The position numbers were made by a program, and so were the translations under genes. This document shows, one piece after another, positions 24,251 to 38,205 of a DNA stretch of 64,000 nt (position 1 is the stretch's first letter; the number at the start of each line of letters is the position of its first letter). Below the pieces are notes generated by a model that saw nothing but the letters and a program-made list of their open reading frames with translations, ran no database searches and had not been told where the DNA came from. The stretch is from Ginglymostoma cirratum (Eukaryota): positions 2,848,467 to 2,912,466 of the forward strand of contig JAHRHZ010000122.1 in NCBI GenBank assembly GCA_024137785.1, written 5' to 3'.

Positions 24251-25094
24251 ACATCAATAAGAAAGGTTCGAAGAGTTAGGGGCCAAATGCAGGCAATTGG
24301 AACTAGTTTAGTTTGGGAATATAGTCGGCTGGACTAATTGGACCGAAAGATCTTTTTCCATGCTGTCTGACTCTATGACTGTCAATATAAGTGGAGAGCC
24401 ACAAACCAATCAAACCAGTTCTACAAATCTGTTGAGGTGGAATTCTTCCTTCTTTCTCCCCCAGTATTGACACACCTCTGCAGCACACCTTTAATTTGCA
24501 TGCCGGGGTGGGAAAAACTGGTTTATCTTTGGCGTTGGTAAAGCAGAATTAGGTCAGAGCTCGCCAATGGTGAGTCACATCAGGGTAGTGCAGTAGCATC
24601 AGGAGTGGTCTTTAGGAATGGCGTGCATTTTTCTAAATCCAGAAAGATTTTTGGCTGCATACTACATGTGGTAGTATCCGTGGACTCTAATCATGATACC
24701 CAGTCTGATGGTTGGGGGGGTCACAAATTCTATGAGTAAAATCTGTAATTGAAAAGTAGTTTCACTATGCTGGTGGAACTAATGTCTTAAAAACCTATCT
24801 GGTTCATTAAGGGATAACAAGGTGCAGAGCTGGATGAACACAGCAGGCCAATCAGCATCAGAGGAGCGGGAAAGGTGACGTTTCGGATCTAGACCCTTCT
24901 TCAGAAATAGGTTCATTGAGATCTTTCTGGCAAAGAAATCTGTTGTATTTTATTGGTCTGGTCTACCTGTATCTTCAAACCCACACTAATGTGGTTGACC
25001 CTTAATTGTTCTCTGAAATGACCAAGAGACCCGGACTGATCAAGGTCAATTAGGAATGGAGAACAAATGGTGGCTGGGAGTCCCAGCCACCATC

Positions 25095-25132
25095 AGTTCT
25101 GAGGAAGGGTCACCGGACCCGAAACGTTGACT
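25095..25132 (+). ncRNA. Putative minimal type-I hammerhead ribozyme within a PLE-derived repeat
   Basis: AGUU-CUGAGGA-A-GGGUC(ACCG)GACCC-GAAACGUU-GACU. Confidence 0.5.
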
Positions 25133-25349
25133 CTTGTTTTCTCCTTCACAGATGCTGCCAGACCTGCTGAGCTTTCCCAGCAACTTTGTTTTTGTTCTGG
25201 ATTTACAGCATGCGCAGTTCTTTTGGTTTAAATGTTGGCCCATGAAAGAATAAATATCGAAAATGTAAATATTTAACCATTTGGGCAGGGCTTTCTGAGA
25301 TGGTCTCTGTCCACTTCTCCCTATGGTTCTGAACACTCAGAGCTCACGT

Positions 25350-26010
25350 CTCGTTGCGTTTTTGCAGCAATTTGTTTCCGCCCCTTTATCGTTTGATTGA
25401 TACCATTCGAGCCAATAGATTCCGGGCCTAAGGACGGGACGTGGGAAGGTGCTCAATAGAATCCAGGGATATAATGATTGGCGTCCATGTAGCCTATAGG
25501 AAGGAAAGGCGTGACTGAGTGACTGGTAGGATAGCCAATGGGAAAGCAAGAAGTTGCAGTGGACCCGCCAAAAAACAGGCAGACTACATTGGGTGAGGTT
25601 ACAGGGCTGGACGACGTTTAGATTGGTGGAGGCGGTCGAGAGGCGAGGCCGTGTGGCAGAGGATGACCAATAGGAATGCGGGACTCCGTTAACGGTTAAC
25701 CAATGGGAACATGAAATCATCGATTGATGTGCATATTGACCAATGGACGTAGGTTTGGGGCGGGAGACGGCTCGCGATTCGCCGAGGCGTCGAAAGGGCG
25801 GGCGTGATGGCGTGACCAATAGGAAGGAAACGCTGCCGAGTCCCACCCAATTGTGGGGCGGGAACCCGGACGGACGCGCATTACAGCCAATGGAGTTGGA
25901 GAGGGGGACGGGAGGAGGTGGAGGATTGGCTGAGGTGGTGTGTGGTGGGGCGGGCCCCCAGGAGACCCGAGGTGAGGGTCGGCGGTGGGGCAGGGACGGT
26001 TTCAGTCAAG
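25350..26010 (+). promoter_or_regulatory. CNNM4 promoter/5'UTR with 12 CCAAT boxes and GC boxes
   Basis: CCAAT/ATTGG at 25412, 25477, 25535, 25588, 25622, 25667, 25700, 25740, 25816, 25847, 25887 and 25925; CpG island. Confidence 0.8.
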
Positions 26011-27427
26011 ATGGCGCTGTTGGTGGGGCGGCGGAGCTGTGGCTGGAGCCTAGCGGCCGCCGTGACGGCTCTGGCGACGCTGCTGCACGCTTGGGGCAGG
26101 GCCGCGGCGTCGAACGAAACAGGGTTGGAGACCGGTATTTACGGGCTGCGGCTGGTGGCAGTGGAGAGGCCGCTCCAGGAGGAGGTGGAGGGGGCCGAGG
26201 AGGTGCTGCGGGTCCTGGAGGGTCAGACGGTCAAGCTGCGGATCTTCGGCCGGGGCATCGACGCCGGCACCTGGAGGAGGGTGGGCTTCGCCGAGCTGGG
26301 CCCCGAGGAGAGCTCGGCGAACGGGAGCGTGAGGCGGGCCTGCCCATCCCGCAGCCGCGACCTGGAGGTGAAGCCCGGGGTGGAGGAGAGGCGGGAGACG
26401 TCGGGCCTGCTCACCGTGCGGGTGCAGCCCCTCCGCAAGCAGGAGAGGAGCCGGCTGTTCGGCCTGTGCAGCCGCCCTCCCGGGGACGAGGCCAGCTCGG
26501 CCTGGCTGCTGCACTCGGAGCCCGACAGCCGCCTGAGGGTGCAAGAGGAGACGCCGCCGCTGCTCCCCTTCTGGCTGCAGGTCATCCTCACTGCACTGCT
26601 GCTGATGCTCTCGGGCATGTTCTCCGGCCTCAACCTGGGCCTGATGGCCCTGGACCCCATGGAGCTGCGGATCGTGCAGAACTGCGGCACCGAGAGTGAG
26701 AGGCGACACGCCCGCTGCATCGAGCCCGTCCGCCGCCAGGGCAACTACTTGCTGTGCTCCCTGCTGCTGGGCAACGTCCTGGTGAACACCACCCTGACTG
26801 TGCTGTTGGACGGCCTCCTGGGCACTGGCTGGGTCACTGTAGTGGCTTCAACAGTGGGCATCGTCATCCTGGGTGAGATCGTGCCCCAGGCGCTGTGCTC
26901 GCGGCACGGGCTGGCGGTGGGTGCCCACACGGTGCTGCTGACCAAGTTCTTCATGGTGCTGACCTTCCCGCTGTCCTACCCCATCAGCAAGGTGTTGGAC
27001 TGCGTGCTGGGCCAGGAGATCGGTAAGGTCTACAGCCGTGAGAAGATCCTGGAGATGCTCAAGGTGACGGGCCCCTACAACGGCCTCGAGGCTGATGAGC
27101 TCAACATGATCCAGGGCGCCCTGGAGCTGCGCAGCAAGACCGTGGAGGACGTCATGACACCCATCCACGACTGCTTCATGGTATCCAGCGATGCCATCCT
27201 TGACTTCAGCACCATGTCAGAGATCATGGAGACGGGCTACACCCGCATCCCTGTCTATGAGCAGGAGAAGTCGAACATCGTTGACATCCTTTACGTCAAG
27301 GACCTGGCCTTTGTTGACCCTGATGACTGTGTCCCCCTCAAGACAATCACGAAGTTCTACAGCCACCCACTGCACTTTGTGTTCTACGACACCCGGCTGG
27401 ACACGATGCTGGAGGAGTTCAAGCAGG
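26011..27427 (+). CDS. CNNM4: Metal transporter CNNM4 exon 1 (ectodomain, DUF21/CNNM TM domain, CBS1)
   Basis: aagATGG start; [39 protein letters not shown]; donor CAGG|gtgagt. Confidence 0.95.
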
Positions 27428-30400
27428 GTGAGTGTCGTGGGGCTGGCATTCTGAGCTGTGGCCCCCTTTTAGGGTGTTGGGGCTGCAGCCGCAAGAGCTT
27501 GATCACTTCCTTTCTCCTCCTCTGCCTCCTGATGGTACGCTGTTTGTTGACGAGAGTGGACCGACTGTGCTTATTGCTGGTACTCGTGCCTTTTGGCAGA
27601 GTCTGTAGCAGAGGTATAACTAGCTGTAATTTGAGGATGGGATCTGCTGTGCAGGCAGTGAGTCCACTAGCACTGACCTAAGGACTAACCATTAGTTAGA
27701 GGTTTTGGCAGCAAGGACTGGTTCAATTAGTTGAGGAACGGTTCAGCATAGGAGGGAAATAATCGTTAAGTAAAGCACTGAAAGGAGGAATCGAGAACTG
27801 ATAATCTAACCCTTAAATCTCAAACTGTGATTTGGCTTTTGGGGAGGGAAGATAATTCTCCTCCTAACTCCCCTGATTGTCTCGTCACTGCAAATTTTTT
27901 TATTTTCTGACCCCTGGTTACCAATTTGCCGCGGCAAATATTTTTCTTTCTTTACCCTGGCAAAGCCCTTCGCAGCCGACATGAACCTCGGTGAAAAGAG
28001 ACACCGTTGCCAGAGCTGTTTCCCTTGGAATTGTCAGGATGAATGCAGAAAAGCCACATGTCTAACGGTTGCAGTGTTTTACACTCTGTGCATGTGCAGT
28101 TTATGTGCTGATGACTGCAAGACCAAAAGCTTCAGGAGCGGATCTCTCCCTTAATGCCAAGCAGTAAAATTTTGAGCACTTTTGTTAGAAGTTTCCTTAA
28201 GCTTATGTGATCGCAGGAGAATAACCCCAGCTTCTCCTGGGTAATTCAAATCTCCCGCACCCCGTCCCAGCTACTTTTGCGATTATACTCCACTGTATTC
28301 TTTCCAAGACCTTGACATAAACCCACGTGTCAAAAGCTGCTGTCTCCTGGCTCTATCTTGACAATCCTCTGCCTTTTCCTCTTTTTATTGTCTCACTCAT
28401 GGCTGGCTGTTTGCAGTGGCAGTCCCTGAATTGAGCTTTCACTCCATCCCCTCTTCCGAGTCCACTGACCACCACTCTGTACTGTCGCTTGACTCTGGGG
28501 TGGACGGTTTGTCTTTTGGAATGCTTCCTTTACCTGTAGCCTTGACTGTTTGCACATACTCCTGGCTAATCTCCCAGTCTTCGCAGTGCTGCTGCTTGGG
28601 TTACACACAGTTTAGAGGGATCTTTGTTTACAGTTACCAGTGTCTCTGGTTTGCGATGGAGTGATGTGTATGTGTTATGATGTGGGTCATGTTTTTGGTC
28701 TAGATTCCAGAGTGACTGTGATAATCTAGGTATGCAATTGTACTCATATAAATTTCCCTTTGCTTTGATGTAAACTAGTCATCGCCAGCTACTGAATAAT
28801 AGGGGAGGATGATAACCCACAAACTTGGGAGAGAAGTGGGGAAGACGATGGTTTCCAACCTGTTGCTCCGGGTATTGTCAGAGAACAGCTGCAACAGAAC
28901 ACAGAAAGCTGTACAGTTGTGTCAGATTGTAGAAAAGATGAACTTCAGCCAGTGAAGACTTTAAAAAGCTGCATAATTGATGTGCAGCTCGGTAATGCTG
29001 TCTGATATCTCAGGTTTCCCCTTCTCCGTTTCTTTTCCCAGGCCCCAGAGTGTGTGTGTATGCAGGGGTGCTGTGTGCGTGGTCTGTTTGCATGCAGTTG
29101 GTGCATGTGTGGTTCTTCTGTTCTCTCCACACTTCTTCCCAAACTGCTCCTCTTCATTTTGTGAAGATAAGACGTTTGCTGTTCAATCAGTACCACCGTA
29201 CACACAGCGGCCCAAACGTAGGTCGTGCACCAGGACTGTGGTCTGAGAGTAAATGGCAAACACATCAGGTTGGAGCTCCTTTGACCTTCAGTGACTGAGA
29301 AGGTGTTTTGATATGTAGAAAAGGGCAGTTTACAGGATGAACATTTAACCTGACCTTGGGCTTGATGGGGAGGATTAAATTTAATCTGTTGTCTGCTATT
29401 GGGTTCTTAGTTCTTCGGACAGCCTTTAGTGCCTTTCCACTTGGGATTGTGTTCGGATCATTGAGTTACCCTATTTTTGGGTGGGGCGTGCAGGTGGAGG
29501 TTCTATCTCAAAAGGGTAGCATAGTTTTTAAATAAGGGGTCTCATTGAAGAAGGAGGTAAGAATGTTTTCTCTTCAGGGCCATTAGTCTGTCTAATCTAA
29601 TTTCCTGCCAGCATTGTAGGTAAGAGCGTAGTGTATATGTAAAGTTGAGGTAGATGGATCATTAAGGTGCACGCCTTGATTTTGAGTGGTTGACTAATGT
29701 GAAGGGCTGACTGGCCTGATTACTTCTAGTTTGTATGTACGAAAAGGTGAAATGCTGTAGAGTCCTGGGCTCAGAGTATTCCAGCTCTGAACAATGATCC
29801 TTCCTGATTGTTGAGAAGCTTTTATGAACCCTCTGTTCACACCTTGCTGACCTTGTTTATACAAATGTTTTGTCAGGTGTACACGCCCTGCTCTTCTAAT
29901 CTCCTGCTGGGTTCATGGTTTTCACTTCACAATATCGAGTAGCCCTGTTTAACATCTCAGCAAGTTTCGTGACATCGTTCTTGAGTTAGTCATGAAAGTG
30001 TGTTGATGATGCTTCAAGCTGGGCGGATGGAAGCTTGCTTAGCGAGGTACGATAGAAGGCATTGTATTTCACCACCTCTGGGCATCCCCAAAGTGCGGAG
30101 AGTGAATGTGCAAACAGCAGAGCTTTCCTAACGGTGGCTGAATAGTAGGTTAGGATGTGCGAAAGTACGGATTCCATGGTTTTCTGTGGGACAAAATTTA
30201 GGCTACTGTGTCTTGCCTGGCTGGTCAGCTGCTGAGTTATTGTGGCTGGCCAGCACCTACAGGGGTGCTTTTGTATAACTAATAGTGGGATCTAGTGTTA
30301 ATAGACCTAATGTGTTCTGCTGTCCTGTGCCCCTCCAGGGGTCAGACTGGTTTTTTGCCCTATCTCCTTGTTGAAACACTCCTTCTGCTCAAATTTGGGC

Positions 30401-31699
30401 CACGTCTGAGCTGTTCTCTGGCTGTGTCAAGAATTGGAATCCATTTGTTGCACTGGTGTCTGAGTAAGGGATGGATTTAGATTGTTTACTCCCACAGTAA
30501 TGTACTTGGGTCTCACTTGCCCTTAATGACTGCATGTCTATGGGTGTTCATGAATGTCCTTTTTTTCCCCTTCTTTTCAGCCTTGTCCCTGATTTAAAAC
30601 CCCATCTTGACCTCACCACTTGATCCTATACCTTCTGCCAACCTTTAAAGTCTCTGTGTTCCTCCTCACTCTAGCCTCTTCTGCTTTTCATTGCTACACC
30701 ATTGACAACCATGACTTGGAATGAAGGGGCATTCTGGAATTCACTCCCTAAATGTCCTGGTGCCTTTCCCTTTCAAAACGCTTGATCAAATCTGTTTCTT
30801 TGCCACATTGTGAAGGTCGTGCAACGTGCGCGTTAAGGTGGTTCAGTTTTGCGTGGATTTATTTTCCTCCCTCATGCATTATGTAATGGTCATAAGTGAG
30901 TTTAACAAACTCGGTGCAGCACTTAGGCTTGTTGTTTCAAGATCAATGAGCTGTAACTGCTGGTTACTCCAGCCTTGGTCACGTATGTGAATGCTTATGA
31001 GGCAGTTAAAAGTGTCCTAGTTTATTTGTATGACCTTTCACAATCTCAATCTACTGTAAACTACTGAACTATCTTGAAAGTGCAGTCATTGTTGTAGAGA
31101 ATTTCGGTGATTTTGTGCCCGTGGGTATCAGTGTGATGGCATCCAGTAAATCTGGTCTGTCTGTTTGTAAAGTTGGTGTGGATTCTTACTAATCTCCGAG
31201 GTGGGTCTTGGTACCACCTTTTATTTGAACGATTAATGTGCACTCCTTTTAGTTTTTCGGCCTGGTGCTGTATCCTGCAAAGTGGGTCTTGAACTATCTT
31301 ATTTTTCTGATTTGGTTCTGGAGAAGAATACCTGGTCTAGGGATGCTGGAGTCCAGAGGAGCCTTTAATGTGAAGGGCGAATGTGAACAGGGAGGGAGGG
31401 AGGAAAGAATCTCTAGGAGCCGCTACTAATCTGCTGTACAGCACTTGTGCATTGGCACTTCGTGGTGTCCACCAGGAAACCCTTTAAAGGGTTTGGTTTC
31501 AGATAATTGAGGCTGGAATTGACCAGCTTTTGGATGGGACTGTGTATCTCTGTGACACACTAGTGTATGTCTCCGGTCTTAAATCATACGTTGCCACTGG
31601 GAGAAGTCGGTCTTTTCTGTTACAGGATGTTTCCTATACTCGATACAAAATGTGTCTGTTCTGTGATTTCCAACTGGGTTAAACGTTCCCAGTACAGGT

Positions 31700-32015
31700 A
31701 CAGCACAGACTTGATACAAAGTAACATTTTGTGCCCTTTAAAACTGTAAAGAAAGGTCTTTTGGCACTGTCCCCATCTCATAATTCCAGGACATGTAAAA
31801 CTTCGTATTCAATAAAGAGTTAAGCCCTCTGCTGTTTAAAATGAAACTAAAAATTCATCTGTGCTGTCCCATCAGACACTCCCAGGAAAGATACAGCATG
31901 GGGTTAGATACAGAGTATAGTTTTCTCTACTGTTTTTAAATAGAAGGTAAAGCCAATTCTGTGCTCTTCAAATTGCAAAGAGATTTCCCTCCACACTGTC
32001 CCCTTCAAACACTCC
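31700..32015 (-). repeat. ~70-bp minisatellite remnants, reverse orientation
   Basis: ctgtccc.atca.acactcccagga..cagcatggggttagatacagagt. Confidence 0.75.
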
Positions 32016-34426
32016 TAGAGAAGGCTGGATTTGGATGCCTGAGGCGAATGGTTGTCTGATCTGAACGAGCGACTGTCCAGTGGGAGAGAAGAAGGGTTTT
32101 AAAATAGATAACTCTCTCAGCATGTGTTGTGAATAATACAGGGTGGAGATGATTAGAGAAGATTGCTCCCTTCAGACGTGCTTCCCGTGAGGAAATAGAA
32201 GCCCCCAACATGAGACAGTGGGGGAACCAAACTGTTTGTTTGCAGTCGTTGGACAGGTTTGCAGACAACAGTGAAGTATAGATCAGTGCAGGATTGTGCT
32301 AATTGGTACTTAGGTAGGATCTGAGTCTTTGATACAATCCAGCTTTTGTTGCTGGTCCTGCTATATATAAGTGAGAGTCTTGGCATCATGCCTGAATAAG
32401 CACGCATGTACAAGCTTCAGAAGAGTACTGCCCTATTCCCTGGGACTGGAGTCCAGTTTCCACGAGAGCTGTGGGGGGGTAGAATGTGGCTTTTCATAGT
32501 TTGTGGATCTTGTGTTTCAAGGCTGAGGGGTGAGCCTCGACAGTTGGTGAACTGGATCGACACATAACCACAACAAGGCTTTTTCTCTGTGCTGTTAAGC
32601 TGTGGCTCAGGTAATTAAACATTCCAAGGAGTACCATGACGCGGAGTGCGGTTTGCTGCTTCGCCCCATCGGCATTGGTCTGCTTGTTTGGACCTCGTTT
32701 CGGGTTGCTGGCTGTGTAATTGTTCAGCGCTTTAAGGCGTTTATGTAGAGAATCTTTGGGCTCTGGTTGTGTCACTGGTAGGGCCATGTGAATGAACTGT
32801 CACTTGTATTTGGGAGAACTTTAATCATTTAGTTTTGGGGAGTTGGACTGCAGTCTTGTGTAGGCCAGAATCAGAAGGGGCTAGAGGTTTCACGTCTCTT
32901 GAGTAATGGTTGGGTTTTAATGTTTTGGAGAAATAGCTCCATGGCCCTCCCCTTGCTGAAACCACAAATGAAGGTACAGAAACACTTTGGCAGAAAGCTA
33001 AGTTTTAAGGAGTGTCTTGATGGAGGAGGAGAAGACAGAAGTTTAGGAAGGGAATTCCAGAGTTTGGGATCTGGCAGTTGGACAAAAGATCCTCTGTGGG
33101 GTGGTTATAATTGGGATTGCTTGCGTGCAGAATCGGCCAGTTTTGAAACTGGCTGTAGAGGGATCTGAGCACCTGGCTTTTTGTGTCCAAAAGTACCACC
33201 AATGGTGATTGGAGTTCTCACTGTTGTCCCATTGACTGACAGAAGTTGCGCCCAATCGAAAGACGAGGTGACGAAAAATGGGGAATGTGGAGCTCCTCTG
33301 CTTGACGCCCGCTGTTGGGTTCAAGCTGATGGGCCGTGTGGCAGTCACTAATTGCACTGCATTCGGGTGAGGGGTGGGGGGTTGCGGGGGTGGGATGTGT
33401 ATGAGATAGGGGGCGATGTAGGAATGAGCTGATCAGGAAATGTAGCAGAGACCCTGTCATGAGGGACCCTGTTTTCCTGCACAGTAGAGCATCTGCTCTT
33501 CTGATGTCTGCAAACACTGTGATTTACGTGGGGAATTAGGTGAATTAGTGAGGTCCTGTATCGAACTGCCTTGCAATGATGTTACAAACTGTACTTTTTT
33601 TTAGCTCGCGCACCGTACCGGTTCTGCTCTCATGGTCTGTGAGGTCATTGACTAATCTGACCGTCCCTGCTCCCGCAGCAGCCCTTGTCCTCTTATTATG
33701 AATCAGTGTGGGTTAATCTGGCAGTATGTAATTGAGCCTTTTTAGAAGAGTTCTGTGGGAGTGAAGCCATCCTCATCGGTAAACATGAGACCGTCATCAT
33801 TGAAGAATAGCAATCGTGTCATAGCCAGGAGTAGATTGGGCTTATGTTGACCGTAAAACTGACAGATTAGTGGCTGCACAAGCTGAGCTTTTCTCCCAGG
33901 AATGAAGTGGGGAATTAGGTTTAATGGAGATGCTCCAAGCCTTGAGGGAGTTTGATGGAGCGAATAGGGAGAAATTGTTTCTGCTAGGGAAGATAGTTAG
34001 CGGTCGGGGACAGAACTTGAGGTGGTGATAATATTTCTCTCAAGTTATGAGCTAACATGTACTATCTGAAGGGGCAATGAAAATAAAAGTTTTTACAAAA
34101 TTGTCAGGTGCTGAGGAATGCTGGGAAGTGGGGCTAATCAGACAGCTTTTAGAAGGAGCTGGCGCAGATTCAGACTCATGCCTGATTGCTGCCTACAGGC
34201 ATGCACCCATATTACATGACTTTGGGGTAATGATAGAGCCTACAGACACTATAAAGGGGCTATCATCTGGGCTATCGCTTTCCTAGGAGTGTTGGCGGAC
34301 AGTGCAGAGTAAGGTGTACTCTGCACGAGTACCGGGTATAAACAAAGTTTCAGTTCCTTTTCCCCCTCCGTTCTGATGGCTGAGAATTTTGAGCGTTAGC
34401 ACTGTTTGTTTTACGTTTCTCTCTAA

Positions 34427-34606
<180 letters not shown>

Positions 34607-35196
34607 TGAAGATTAGAACATGGGGCAAGCAGAAACTGTTTATCCCTTCAAGCCAATTCCACCATTCAACCAGACTGATCTGTGTCTTAACTCTATTTGA
34701 ACTACCATGGCTCCCTGCCCATGATAGTAATGTCTAACCATGTGTCAATCTCAGTGACTCCCAGCCTTAACAACTTTGTGGGAGTGTGGAGAGCTCCAAT
34801 TTCCACTACTTTGTCTGCGTTACAATTTCCTTTTTCTCGAATGCCCCATGCCAGAAGAAATGGTTTCTCTTTACCTTAGGAAACCCTTTCTTTATCTCAA
34901 ACACAACAATTAGATCACTTCTTAATCTTTTGTTACCACAGGGAAGACAGCCACTTGTCTGAATCCAGCCCTGTTAGCATCCTGGTGAACCTGCACTCTG
35001 CTTTTTCCAAGGCCAAAATATCCGTTCTCATCGGAGCGGCTGGCCAGACAGGAGCGTGTTGCTCCACATGTCTGAACCAGAGCTTTTTTGTATTGGCGGT
35101 AGGTTTGAGTCGAGGGGTGAGGAGAGTCTTTTGTGGGAGATGTTGAGTTTGATCCAGTTTATAAGCTGCCCTCCTGTCGTCTTTTACTTCTTCCAG

Positions 35197-35334
35197 CTGA
35201 CAATCGATCCAAGCAGAAGGTTGTTCACAACAGCAAGAAACGGGACTTCTCTGTCTTCAAACCCACTGTCCATGAGGTGAAAGTCAAGGTGTCCCCGCAG
35301 CTGCTGCTGGCTGCTCACCGCTTCCTGTCGACAG
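35197..35334 (+). CDS. CNNM4: CNNM4 exon 3
   Basis: [46 protein letters not shown]; 138 nt. Confidence 0.95.
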
Positions 35335-37050
35335 GTAAGTGGCTGCTTTCAAACCCCTGTGGCAGGTTGCTGCTCCTCTGCTTCAGGACCTGAAAGGTAG
35401 AGCACACGCTCACTCGTCCCCAGTCTATACTTCGAACCTCCAGCCCGTCCAGGGGCTGCGAACTTGCTGTGTAAAAGCACAGGAGGAGGAGCTGAAAAGC
35501 TGCTTTACACATTTGTTGGCCTCTGACTGAAAGCATGGTGGGAGCAAACTTGATATTTTTTATGAAGAGGGAATGCAGTTGTGCTTGAGGATCAAAAATA
35601 ATTGACCAGAGGGTTGGAATTAAGTTTCTTGAGGTGCCGTGGATACACAGGGCCTCAGCATTCGTATAATTCTATGTAAAGTTATAATTTTATTAGAAAG
35701 CTGGAATGATGTTCTGAAGTGAGATTTGACCATTTTGGCTGAGACCGTGGTGGTGTGTGTATCACAATAAGGGACTGCCTCTGGATGTGCCCTATAGTAT
35801 CCGCAGAACTTAAAATAAACCTCTCAGTAGCGGCTCGTCTTCTTTTACCGTGGTGAAATGCACCGAGGTACTACCATCGTGGCTGATCAAACAATAATTG
35901 AGACTGAACCATGTAATACGTTCAAGATAAATATTTTAAGAGTCTTGACGGAGGTTAAGGGAGGGAATTGTATTTAGGGGCCCAAGCTGCTGAAAGCTGG
36001 CCTGCCGATAATGTACCAGTTTAAAATCGGGGATGTTTAAGTGGACAGAGTTTGTATCTCGCAGGATTGTCTGGCTGATGGAGGTTTTGGGTGGGGTGAC
36101 ACTATGGGAGGGATTTGAACCCCGTGAGAATTTTAACTTCTGAGGGGTTGTTGGACTAACAGGCAATATAGTTCACTGGGTGCAGGGGTGATTGAACCTT
36201 GTCTCCACGTGTATGTTTTTTCACTGCCACGATTGAGTGAGTTTCAGATATTAAGACTGTAAAAGCACTTTATGTTCACTGAGCTGTGTAGACAGATGAG
36301 CTCAGAGAACACAGTCACCCACAAGTCATGACATAATTACAGGGATCCAGGCAATTACCCATCTTGTCTGTCTCGGACTGTGGGAAGAACACGGTGCGGT
36401 TGCTGGAACAGGAACCTGTTTGTTATTCCAATGACTTGGCAACGATTTGGGCAAAATACATAGATCAGCCATTTTTTCTGAATCTCCTCCCCTTTTTGTT
36501 TTGCATTCGGTTCGAGACAGCAGGCTGGTTAGGTTGGCATGAGGGCTTGTCATTGAGACCTCTGGCTCCATGTCCCTCACTGTGCCCAAAGGAATGGTGG
36601 CCAGGTGACACACACGCTTTGACCCTTGTTAGGGTGGGGGCACCATGGGAACCCTGTGTTGCCCCCACTATGAGCGCGGGCTGCGGGAGATGTGGTTGAG
36701 CCCAATCGTACGCCATAAAAGCTGAAGCAATGCTGTGTCATTTCTGAAACTAATCCTTGGGAGCCATTGCGAAATAGACTTGTGTGAGGAGGTGGGTGAC
36801 GTGACGGTTGGTTAGGATTGAGGGGGTGAGGCTATTGGAGAGTGAGGCAGAATACATAATCCTGAGGTTTTGCAAAAGTGTTGGTTGCTGTGATTTGGAG
36901 CTTGTCAATGAGTGGAGAACTTCAAAATGTTTCTTAACTGGGAATCGGTGTAGGTCGGTGCGCACCGGGGCGAGGGGTGGTGGGGTGGATAGGACTTGCA
37001 AGTTAAGCAGTGAACGCAGTGCTGTGGTTTTCCCTGAGCTGCTTGTTTGA

Positions 37051-37341
<291 letters not shown>

Positions 37342-37794
37342 TAGATCTGTACCTGGGTGGGAAAGATTAAACTGAAGCCAACATGGCTTACGTAACATTT
37401 GGCCTTCACTCCCACTCTGTTCCTGTGCCATTGACTCTCACAGTCAGTGTCTGAGACTGCATCAGTCTGCTTGTAATCTCTGCATGTCGTTTGCCCCTGT
37501 GTTAACCTTCTAGCCCATTCAGCTCTGTCACCTGCTTCTAGCTTGCCCTATTGTCCACTTCTATCCTGCCTTGGCTTGTCAACTGCTGAAACCCTTGCCC
37601 ATAGCTTTGCGACCTCCAGATGTGGTGATTCCAGTGCACTCCAGACCAGCCCCCCAACGTGGCCTCCAGTTGCTTCAGTTTATCCAATCATCTACTGTCC
37701 GGTACCCAACATGTGCAAATTTCTGTTAACCCAGCACCCTCTTTGCTCACTGACCTGCAGTGGCAGTGGCAGTGTCACCTTCCTGCTTAAAATT

Positions 37795-38205
37795 CTCATA
37801 CAGCACGGAAACACCTTTCAGTCCCAACTCGTCCACACTGACCAGTCAGCCCAGTCTGACTTAGTCCCATTTGCCAGCATTTGGCCCATATCCTCTCAAT
37901 CCTTCCTAATCATGTACCCGTCCAGATGGCTCTTAAATGTTGTAATTGTACCCACTTCCACTACTGCCTCTGGCAGCCCATTCCATACATGCACCACCCT
38001 CTGTGTAAAAACGTTGCCCTTCGGGTAACTTTTAGATCATTCCCCTCTCGCCTTAAAGCTATGCCCACTAGTTTTGGGCTCCCCCACTCTGGGAAGAAAG
38101 ACATTGACTATTCACCCTATCTATGCCTGTCTTAATTTATATCCCTCTATATGGCCACCCCACAGCCTCTGCTCCAGGGAAAATAGCCCCAGCCTATTCT
38201 GCCTC
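37795..38205 (-). mobile_element. CR1 3' tail inserted into an older L2 fragment
   Basis: Similar to 22110-22520; L2-like flanks at 37500-37795 and 38345-38560. Confidence 0.8.

Noticed and set aside
25918-26010. N-terminal extension of the 587-aa ORF, and its tail past 27427
   Set aside because: It starts at GTG within the promoter/UTR; the tail is intron read-through after a consensus donor
25743-27168. Overlapping alternative-frame and antisense ORFs (318, 219 and 173 aa)
   Set aside because: Expected shadows of a GC3-rich CNNM4 exon; the same applies around CNNM3 exon 1
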